The notes beneath the pieces are model-generated. The model was not told the DNA's origin. It made no database searches and worked only from the letters and a program-made list of their open reading frames with translations. The translations under genes and the position numbers were made by a program. Shown here one piece after another: positions 18,939-25,973 of a stretch of DNA of 32,000 nt; the stretch's first letter is position 1; each line of letters opens with the position of its first letter. The DNA is from Acinetobacter wanghuae. GTDB lineage: Bacteria; Pseudomonadota; Gammaproteobacteria; Pseudomonadales; Moraxellaceae. The stretch spans positions 2,130,001-2,162,000 of the forward strand of contig NZ_CP045650.1 in the NCBI RefSeq assembly GCF_009557235.1. The letters run 5' to 3'.

Positions 18939-20198
18939 TTAGAACGCTGTACTGAATTTAATGCCGCCAACCCAAGCATTTTCACCGTTTTTATACGCGC
19001 CAACATGACGAACATATTGAACGTTTGGACGGATCGTTAACCAGTTGGTTGCATGTAAACCGTAGTAAATTTCTGCATCGATTTCTTGGCTACGATTGCC
19101 AAGTACATCATCATTCATATTGATGCGTGCAACACCGACAGCGATTTCATCTTTAGGACGAGAATCCATTGCGCCTTTATAAACAAGACCCAAGTTTTGC
19201 ATGTCAGTTTTTTCGTTAGTTTTAGAGTCATGAACAGTTACGTTCACAAAACCTGTTAAACCACGAGAAGCATCACCTTTATGTGCAGTCAATTGTTGCT
19301 TCGCAACAACCCAACCACCTTGATGATGATCAGTTTGATTTTGAAGTTCTTGAGGTGTTACACCATCAAAGATTTTTGCATCAGCAGTACTGTAGTAGTA
19401 ACCAGCACGGTATTCACCAGGAAGTTTTTGTGCACCAAGTTTCGGTGTCCAAACCACTTCTGCAGGAATCATCGCGCCTTCAGAACCATCAGTGCTAAGG
19501 TTGAAACCTTTACCACGTGATAAGTTCTCACGGTTAATTTCATAAGCACCCACTTGCGCATAAACTTCAGGTGTGATGTTGTATTTCACACGTGCAGCCC
19601 ATTGTGATACTGGCCAGTTATACCATTCATCACCAACCCAGTTACCCACTTGTGAACCACAAAGTGCAAGGTTTTGGAAATCACAATCAAAGCTATTGAA
19701 GTCTTCACCTTCGCCGAAACGACCCACTTTAACGTCTAATTTTTGGTCTAAGAATTTTTTCTTAATCCAAAAATCAGTTAAACGCCAAGTTTGACCACGG
19801 CCCCACACTTCTTGAGCAGAACTCAAATGACCATTTAAAGCATCAGAAGTATTTGACAGGTTACGACCATTACGCTCAGTCACTGTAATCTGTGCTTCGG
19901 TATCTTTCCAACCTGCGATTTTTTCGAGGTCTAAATGTGCACCAAGTGCGATTTGGTCAGCGTATTCAGTACCATGGCTTGATGATTTTTTTGCATCAAG
20001 TAAAGTTGCCATTTCGCCTGTATAACCAAAGCTGAAATCAACACCTTTTTGTTGCAGCTCAGTACGTTGACCATTCCAGTCACCAAGCATCCATGGACTT
20101 TCTGCGCTAAATGCATCTGCAGCATGTGTAGCAGTATTTGACAATAGCAAAGCCGCCAAAGAGGTGTACACCGCTTTGGTTAATGGGGAGAGATTCAT
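18939..20198 (-). CDS. oprB: Carbohydrate-selective porin, OprB family
   Basis: 419-aa ORF with a signal peptide ...NTATHA/AD, beta-barrel-like sequence and a C-terminal ...IKFSTAF. It sits immediately upstream of gcd on the same strand, which is the classical glucose porin plus periplasmic oxidation pairing. Confidence 0.85.
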   Translation of the reverse strand: MNLSPLTKAVYTSLAALLLSNTATHAADAFSAESPWMLGDWNGQRTELQQKGVDFSFGYTGEMATLLDAKKSSSHGTEYADQIALGAHLDLEKIAGWKDTEAQITVTERNGRNLSNTSDALNGHLSSAQEVWGRGQTWRLTDFWIKKKFLDQKLDVKVGRFGEGEDFNSFDCDFQNLALCGSQVGNWVGDEWYNWPVSQWAARVKYNITPEVYAQVGAYEINRENLSRGKGFNLSTDGSEGAMIPAEVVWTPKLGAQKLPGEYRAGYYYSTADAKIFDGVTPQELQNQTDHHQGGWVVAKQQLTAHKGDASRGLTGFVNVTVHDSKTNEKTDMQNLGLVYKGAMDSRPKDEIAVGVARINMNDDVLGNRSQEIDAEIYYGLHATNWLTIRPNVQYVRHVGAYKNGENAWVGGIKFSTAF

Positions 20199-20726
20199 TA
20201 AAAGATTGCCTAAAACACATTCTAAGTATGCTTATAGTACACCTTTTTTTTCATTTTGATGTAAATAATAGATAATAAGTATTAAACATATGTGGTTTTC
20301 TTATAAGAAAGTTATCTAGTTTGTGGTTTTATGTAAATACACATCTCATTGATTCAGCTATTTTTAAAAGATAGCGACTCTCAAATCAATTATATAAAAT
20401 AAAGATAAATAATAAATTTAATATAAATTTTAATTATATAACCAATAAAAATTTATTATGAAATTCACCAAAAATCTTGAATTTAAAAAGATTGCTAGTT
20501 ACTTCTTTTTTCTTAACTTAGCTAAAAAAACAGCCTTGTAAGCTTATGCCCATATATCATTATTTAACATAAATATTAAGTATTACTTAATTTCAAAAAA
20601 TAAAATCTATTACATCAAGCTCCCTCTGAGTAGGATTTTTCTATTAAACTTCTGGTAAACTAAACACTGTGTCTTATTGAAGCGACTTGAGCTGCCAAAT
20701 ATTGCACCCTTAGACCTTTTATTCAT

Positions 20727-22271
20727 CTAAATAGACTCAAAGAGCTCTACCCATTTTTTTAGAATACTAGTACTAGAAAAGTTTTGACTCAGTAATTTGG
20801 CTTGTTCGCGAATATGACTCATATTCTGTTGATCATTCAAGTATTGAATAATTTTTTGAGCGTATTGCTCTACATCACCATCTGCAATCAAATAGCCATT
20901 TTGGTTATGTTGAATCATTTCACTTGGTCCATAACGAATATCGAATGAAGTCACAGGACAGCCATTAGCAAGCGCTTCCATGATCACCAAACAAAAGGAT
21001 TCACTCTGACTGGTTAATAACAACATTGAAGCTTCTTGGAGCACTTGATTTACATCCGAAACAAAGGGCTTTAAGAAAATATGATTTTCAAGTTTTTTGT
21101 CTTTAATCATTTTCTTTAAGTTCGAATACTCTAGTCCGAAACCAAATAAATCTAAGGTCGCTTGTGGATGATGCGTAACTACACGTTCAAAAATTGAAAT
21201 GAGTAAATCTAAGCGTTTTACTTTGTCATACCGTGCCAAAGAAACGAATTTATAGGGATCAAATGTAAGATAATAATCATCAGGTCTATGCGCCAATGCA
21301 TGTGGAATCACTTTATAGTTATTATGTGCACCATAAAGTTCTTCAATATCCTTTTTCTGTCGGTGAGTCAAAATGATCAAACCAGATAATTTATCGATAT
21401 GCCTAAAATATGGTGTGTAATTTTTATTCGGTGAACTTTTTATATCATTTGGATTATTATAGTGCGCTGCATGAATTGTACCAAACATGAAGAAATTCGA
21501 AGGAATATTATCCTTCAGTAAAAGATTAAAAACATTTATACGGTCGATCAAGAAAAGATATTTCTTCCGCGGGTCAATACATAATTTTCGCTGAATTGTA
21601 TATTGAGCCAATTCGATCAAACTCTGACAACTTTGGATGACCATCCCGTGTTCATCGAATAAATGTAGATTCTGAATCACACGTTTATCCTTGTTATAGC
21701 CGTAATGAACTTGGATAACGAGTTTGCCATTCACATCAAAAAAACTCTCAGCAATAACTTTTTTTTCATTCAAAATTTGATTTGAACATAGCTTTCCATA
21801 GTCATCGTAACGACTACGACTTACGACTTGTCCATTTTCAAAAAAGTTGATATGAATGAGCTTAGAGGATTTAAATACTTCATAGCGTTTGGTTCTACCC
21901 GATGTATCTTTATATATACGATTATTGATTGAATCAAATTCAACACCATTTTCAACACATGCGGCGATTGAACAAAAATAATCGGATGACTTCTTTTGGT
22001 AATATGAAAAAAGATTAATCAATTCGATATTTTTTGTATTTTTTAATAAACAATCGCTATATAATTTTTCAAAATTTGCACGTGTATTCAAATCGTGTTC
22101 AATGGTTAAAATTTTTATTTTGTAACCATAATTTGCGAGTAACTCTGCTCGACGCAACATTGAAACTACAATACCTGTCTTATTTTCTGATATTTTAGGG
22201 TAAAGCATAAATATTTCTTTATTGCTCATATTCATTATGTATCCATATAGATTTTTATCTAAAAACAACAC
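20727..22271 (-). CDS. GT4 glycosyltransferase of the GtfA/SdgA/SdgB type (O-glycosylation of Ser-rich or Ser-Asp repeat proteins)
   Basis: 514-aa ORF. The track start at 22271 is a GTG that overlaps the upstream stop by 1 nt; ATG starts at 22235 or 22229 are at least as likely.
- The C-terminal GT-B half has the E-x7-E block SESFCLVIMEALANGCPV followed by FDIRYGPSEMIQHNQNGYLI. I remember streptococcal GtfA as ...FDVRYGN..FI.DGKNGYL.
- The mid-region GTIHAAHYNN...NKNYTPYF...LIILTHRQKKDIE resembles GtfA VVVHAEHF...WNNFYDYQ...FIVATEAQK.
- The N-terminal ELINLFSYY resembles GtfA IIWLYNFF.
- The length of about 500 aa suggests an inserted domain between the Rossmann halves.
- There is no signal peptide. 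Confidence 0.75.
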   Translation of the reverse strand: MLFLDKNLYGYIMNMSNKEIFMLYPKISENKTGIVVSMLRRAELLANYGYKIKILTIEHDLNTRANFEKLYSDCLLKNTKNIELINLFSYYQKKSSDYFCSIAACVENGVEFDSINNRIYKDTSGRTKRYEVFKSSKLIHINFFENGQVVSRSRYDDYGKLCSNQILNEKKVIAESFFDVNGKLVIQVHYGYNKDKRVIQNLHLFDEHGMVIQSCQSLIELAQYTIQRKLCIDPRKKYLFLIDRINVFNLLLKDNIPSNFFMFGTIHAAHYNNPNDIKSSPNKNYTPYFRHIDKLSGLIILTHRQKKDIEELYGAHNNYKVIPHALAHRPDDYYLTFDPYKFVSLARYDKVKRLDLLISIFERVVTHHPQATLDLFGFGLEYSNLKKMIKDKKLENHIFLKPFVSDVNQVLQEASMLLLTSQSESFCLVIMEALANGCPVTSFDIRYGPSEMIQHNQNGYLIADGDVEQYAQKIIQYLNDQQNMSHIREQAKLLSQNFSSTSILKKWVELFESI

Positions 22272-23332
22272 TATATCTTGGCAATTTTTTTACGTAAGTT
22301 TTGCGGTAAAAAATTATTCTTATACGGTGGTTGAGCCTTAATTGCTAACCATTCATAATAATCGACCTGCGCACATGCAACGGAATATGCCATAAAGCCA
22401 ACACCAGGCCCAACATTAACCTCGTAAATATAGATATCTCCATCTTGTGTAATCCCAAGGTCCAGCCCAATTGAATCCAATCTCCACGCAAATTGTTTTT
22501 GGAAATTTTGATTAAAATCATCAAATAACTGTCTGATACCTAGATTAATTTTATCCACGCTACTTGGGTAGTATTGCTCTAAAAATAGCTGTTCTCGAGT
22601 GGTGATTAATGCCCCGAGCATACCATTTGTAATATCAATCTCTTTGTTTAGATTCACGTAAGGGAAAAATTTAATGAGCTGCCATTTGCCCTCTTTCCCA
22701 CGTGTAATATGCATTCTAAAAACAGTCGTCTGTCCTAAATGAGTTTCACTTTTTAGAAATGGACTAACTGTATAACCTCTTTTGAGATTTTTTTTTGTAA
22801 ATTCTTCTAATTCACTTAAATTATATTCATGCTGTTCTTGCATTTGTTTTACTATATATACATCAGCATTCTTTTTAATTGTAACAATTCCCTTACCCTG
22901 ATTACTTGCATCGGGTTTACAAATAATCTTGCTATATTTATTTAGGCTATTTTTAATCACTGAAAAATCATTAAGCTCTAAAACCTCGATTAAATACTTC
23001 CTCAACGGTTCAACCTTATTCATAATTTTATAAACCGTTTCCTTCGTACCAATCCGATTATTTGCAAAAGGAATAAGCTCTGCTAACTTTAAGTAGCTTT
23101 CCATATCCTCTTCTTTCACAGCCAAACGATTCTGCACAACATCTGGAAAATCAAAAATCTCTTCAACAACTTTATTATTCCTTAAAGTTTTGCCCTTAAT
23201 TCTCTTATTCTTAAAATCAATATTTTTTGCAATGAATACATAAGCTTCATGTTTTTTTTGCTGAGCAACTGAAATAAAAATTTTCTCTATATCGGTTATC
23301 ACCATATTCGGTTTTAATACACCAAAAATCAT
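22271..23332 (-). CDS. ATP-grasp enzyme, YheC/YheD-like family
   Basis: 353-aa ORF. Motifs are FDFPDVVQNRL (like the YheC/D ...PDV.Y.R), IICKPDASNQGKGI (the P-loop-like ATP-grasp strand), FRMHITRGKEGKWQL, and GLDLGITQDGDIYIYEVNVGPG (the ATP-grasp C-terminal Mg/ATP motif). It has a 4-bp overlap with the upstream gene. No signal peptide. Confidence 0.7.
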   Translation of the reverse strand: MIFGVLKPNMVITDIEKIFISVAQQKKHEAYVFIAKNIDFKNKRIKGKTLRNNKVVEEIFDFPDVVQNRLAVKEEDMESYLKLAELIPFANNRIGTKETVYKIMNKVEPLRKYLIEVLELNDFSVIKNSLNKYSKIICKPDASNQGKGIVTIKKNADVYIVKQMQEQHEYNLSELEEFTKKNLKRGYTVSPFLKSETHLGQTTVFRMHITRGKEGKWQLIKFFPYVNLNKEIDITNGMLGALITTREQLFLEQYYPSSVDKINLGIRQLFDDFNQNFQKQFAWRLDSIGLDLGITQDGDIYIYEVNVGPGVGFMAYSVACAQVDYYEWLAIKAQPPYKNNFLPQNLRKKIAKI

Positions 23333-24129
23333 TTTTCATCGCTCCATTTCTGAATTATCATTAAAGCATTTGTAATATCTTTATTTCTCAACTCTATATT
23401 TTCATTATAGAAGTCAACAATATAACCTTTACATTTTTCTAATTTGAAAAATATTAATATGTTAAAAATACCTGGAACGAGGGTTCCTGTTTTAACAGCC
23501 GTTATCTTATTTTTCAGCTCAGATTCATAGGTATTTTTCACCCGAATCTCATCACCACTTTTAGAATAAAATACATGTTCCGTGATGTTAGACATTGCTT
23601 GAAATCGAGCATCCGTTAATTTCGCATCAAGAATAATTTTTAAATCTGATAAAGTTGTATATTGCAGTCGATCAGCAAGTCCATGCTCATTGACAAGATG
23701 GGTATTTATCATTCCACGCGTGCTATTGTACTGATTGATATAGCTTATAAAGTTATAGTCTTGGACTTTTTCTAAATATTTCCTTAAGACCGCAGCCGAT
23801 GTATTGCTCGAAGCAATCATTAAATTTTTGATTAAGTCTTGAACACGGTACAGCTCACCTACTTTTAGGTTATTACCACTGCCTTTTCTTACATCATCTT
23901 CAGTGACTTCCAGATATTCATCCATATCAATATTACTATTGAGTAATCTATCGAGCAGAAAAATTTTAGCTGTTGAAGCAGGCACCACCTTTCGATCAAT
24001 ATTCTTTTGATACAAGGTAAAATTCCCACCCTTTTCATACATTCTAATGAGGATATGCTTGCCTGTAAGTGACTGATTCAAACTATCTGACAGTCTAGCC
24101 ATTTTTTCGATTAATGGAATATTCTGCAT
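23329..24129 (-). CDS. Peptidase S11 (D-alanyl-D-alanine carboxypeptidase / PBP5-like) catalytic domain protein, apparently cytoplasmic
   Basis: 266-aa ORF with all three active-site motifs at family-typical spacing: S52-T-A-K55 (PASTAKIF), S107-S-N109 (IASSNTSA) and K213-T-G215 (AVKTGTL). It also has VNEHGLADRLQYTTLSDL, which resembles the S11 block NxHGL...T.A.DL. The N-terminus MQNIPLIEKMARLSDSLNQSLTGKH has no hydrophobic signal sequence, and there is no C-terminal PBP5 beta-sandwich domain. Confidence 0.75.
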   Translation of the reverse strand: MQNIPLIEKMARLSDSLNQSLTGKHILIRMYEKGGNFTLYQKNIDRKVVPASTAKIFLLDRLLNSNIDMDEYLEVTEDDVRKGSGNNLKVGELYRVQDLIKNLMIASSNTSAAVLRKYLEKVQDYNFISYINQYNSTRGMINTHLVNEHGLADRLQYTTLSDLKIILDAKLTDARFQAMSNITEHVFYSKSGDEIRVKNTYESELKNKITAVKTGTLVPGIFNILIFFKLEKCKGYIVDFYNENIELRNKDITNALMIIQKWSDEK

Positions 24130-24140
24130 TTACTAAGCAC

Positions 24141-25793
24141 TCACTCAAAATAGTTTAAGTAAGCAATGTAGCCAGACAAATTATGCTCTTGATCATCAAT
24201 ACGTGTTCTAAAGCGATCATGGCGAACATAGAAGGCATTTAATATTTTTTCAGGTTTTGCCATATACATAGCAACTTCAGGATAGAAATAGCCTGCACTT
24301 CTTTGGAATTCGACGCGTTGCTCAATGAGCTTCTTAAGCTCTTCAAATTTTGATTTTTCATAGAGCTCATCAAATCCTTGTTCTCGCATACGAATCACCA
24401 TTTTGTATGCAGACATCATCATCTCTAAAAAAGTCGCATAAGCTGTTTTGCGCTCTGCAATAAACTTCATATGTTTTAAATAATTATTTAACCCAAATTC
24501 AAAATATTTTTCTTCTGGGCATATTTTTGTAAGTTCATTGGTGCAATAACTTAACCAATGATCATGATATTTATCGTATTTCTTCTCTATAAAATGCTCA
24601 AACATCAACTTTACAGTTTGAAGTAATGTGGCATCTTGATTAATCTGATACAGTCTTAGCAGTCCTAAAGCTGCTTCTCCATCATAGTAAACGATACGGA
24701 ACTGCTCTTTAGTTTCTAAACTCGGATAGTCGAGAACATGGGTGGTTTTACCCTGATCATCAACCATATACAAAATGCCTTCAGCCAACTTCTCTGCAAC
24801 AGATTGATATTGAGCGTCTTGCGTAATCTCTTGGTATTTAGCAAACATGAAGATGGCAGCTGCGTTTGAGCCAAGCTTGATTTCAGCTTCATCTTCACCA
24901 TCAATCATAAACCCACATGACTTTTCTTCTTTGTAGAAAACTTGAATGGCGTATTCGATTGCAAGTCGGATTTTTGTTAAATATTCTTCCTTATCATCAA
25001 CTTCTAGCGTTTCTAACAAAGCATAGACTGCCGTGCAATGGCGCACCGTATTATAGCTTTTTAATTCGCGATCATAAGCTGGGAAGTATCCATAAATAAA
25101 CCTCCCATCTTCTTGAAGTTCATTATGTAAAAACGTGGCATTTTCTAGAACTAAAGAACGTATATGTGTTTTTAAGTCCGAATCTAGCTCACGCACACCA
25201 TTAACTGGTCCTGTACTTTGCAAGTTCAGCATTTTCTCATCTTCATAAAATGCTGAAACTGTATCAAATAACCAAACGTGCTTAAGTTGATCTAATTCTA
25301 AATTTTTAGTGATTGTTGGATACTTAGAATGAAGTGCGCGATTTACATTGTCTTGATCCCAAAAGGTAGGCTGATTGTAGACAATGCCCCGGATTAACGC
25401 TTTTCCATATAGCTCTTGCTCTAAGAAGCAAATCTCAAACTTTGAATCGAAACTTACACCTTTCCTAAAATGATTATTATGCATTTGGGTGTTCAGTGTT
25501 TGTTTAACATCTTGCCATGACTTTTGCTTAATATTCACAGCGATATCAAACTTTAAATACTCAGGTAGACCTCTTTTTTTATCGTACATTTTGTCCAAAA
25601 AATTAAGCGTTCTATTTAATGCTGTTTTAGCATCGGGTGCATTCGTACTCCATACTTTACAACGTGTAGTCGGTTCACCATAAGAAATAAACACCACATA
25701 AGGTGCTTGTGCAATTGTGATGAGCTCTTGATTCAACCAATCTTTTAATTTTTCTTTAAAGCTTAAATATTGACTTTGAGTAGTGATTTTCAT
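24141..25793 (-). CDS. Hypothetical 550-aa protein, first gene of the AT-rich operon; family not recognised
   Basis: Long clean ORF, 11 nt upstream of the next gene, with no signal peptide or TM segment. The C-terminal two thirds is helix-rich, with spaced aromatic and small-residue blocks (DGRFIYGYFP...YNTVRHCTAVYAL; LGSNAAAIFMFAKY; YYDGEAALGLLRLY). These remind me of alpha/alpha-toroid enzymes, but that is only an impression. Confidence 0.7.
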   Translation of the reverse strand: MKITTQSQYLSFKEKLKDWLNQELITIAQAPYVVFISYGEPTTRCKVWSTNAPDAKTALNRTLNFLDKMYDKKRGLPEYLKFDIAVNIKQKSWQDVKQTLNTQMHNNHFRKGVSFDSKFEICFLEQELYGKALIRGIVYNQPTFWDQDNVNRALHSKYPTITKNLELDQLKHVWLFDTVSAFYEDEKMLNLQSTGPVNGVRELDSDLKTHIRSLVLENATFLHNELQEDGRFIYGYFPAYDRELKSYNTVRHCTAVYALLETLEVDDKEEYLTKIRLAIEYAIQVFYKEEKSCGFMIDGEDEAEIKLGSNAAAIFMFAKYQEITQDAQYQSVAEKLAEGILYMVDDQGKTTHVLDYPSLETKEQFRIVYYDGEAALGLLRLYQINQDATLLQTVKLMFEHFIEKKYDKYHDHWLSYCTNELTKICPEEKYFEFGLNNYLKHMKFIAERKTAYATFLEMMMSAYKMVIRMREQGFDELYEKSKFEELKKLIEQRVEFQRSAGYFYPEVAMYMAKPEKILNAFYVRHDRFRTRIDDQEHNLSGYIAYLNYFE

Positions 25794-25885
25794 GACCTGT
25801 ACATGTCTATTTTTTAAAGAATTTTGTAATTAAAAGCTAACATGACTTATTTTTTTTGGCGATGTTATTTTATGTATGTTTTGTT

Positions 25886-25913
25886 TATTTATGTATATCT
25901 ATATTCGAGTCAA
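25886..25913 (-). promoter_or_regulatory. Candidate sigma70 promoter for the four-gene operon
   Basis: On the minus strand, TTGACT (revcomp of agtcaa, 25908-25913) is followed by a 16-nt spacer and then TAAATA (revcomp of tattta, 25886-25891). This lies about 95 nt upstream of the ATG at 25793 and just downstream of the adhesin terminator. Confidence 0.25.
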
Positions 25914-25923
25914 AATAAAGCGC

Positions 25924-25950
25924 ATAAAAAAGAGGCCCCTAGGGGCCTCT
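25924..25950 (-). terminator. Rho-independent terminator of the giant adhesin gene
   Basis: Perfect 20-bp palindrome agaggcccctaggggcctct (25931-25950). On the minus strand it is followed by a T-run (complement of the aaaaa at 25926-25930). It lies 24 nt after the stop codon at 25974-25976. Confidence 0.85.
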
Positions 25951-25973
25951 CTCTTTTACTGTCAATTTACTAA

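Noticed and set aside
8948-19794. Short ORFs inside nrdA, nrdB, the TonB receptor, gcd and oprB (for example 8948-9181, 10102-10347, 10383-10643, 12486-12677, 13060-13245, 14114-14398, 15506-15733, 16906-17088, 17075-17350, 18499-18696, 19281-19520, 19573-19794).
   Set aside because: They are shadow frames of long, well-supported genes. None has recognisable motifs or translation signals.
20199-20726. A mobile-element boundary (IS end, att site or tRNA) in the AT-rich spacer between oprB and the cassette.
   Set aside because: I could find no transposase or integrase ORF, tRNA-like sequence or inverted or direct repeat pair matching the other end of the cassette. The only ORF is a 27-aa one (from 20458) with no support. 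Horizontal origin is suggested by composition alone.
24141-25793. The idea that the 550-aa protein is a LanC-like cyclase (an alpha/alpha-toroid impression next to a Ser-rich substrate).
   Set aside because: I could not find the LanC Zn-ligand motifs (the Cys and His in the WCxG and CHG blocks) or the GxxHG block, so the toroid fold itself is only an impression. Left as unassigned.
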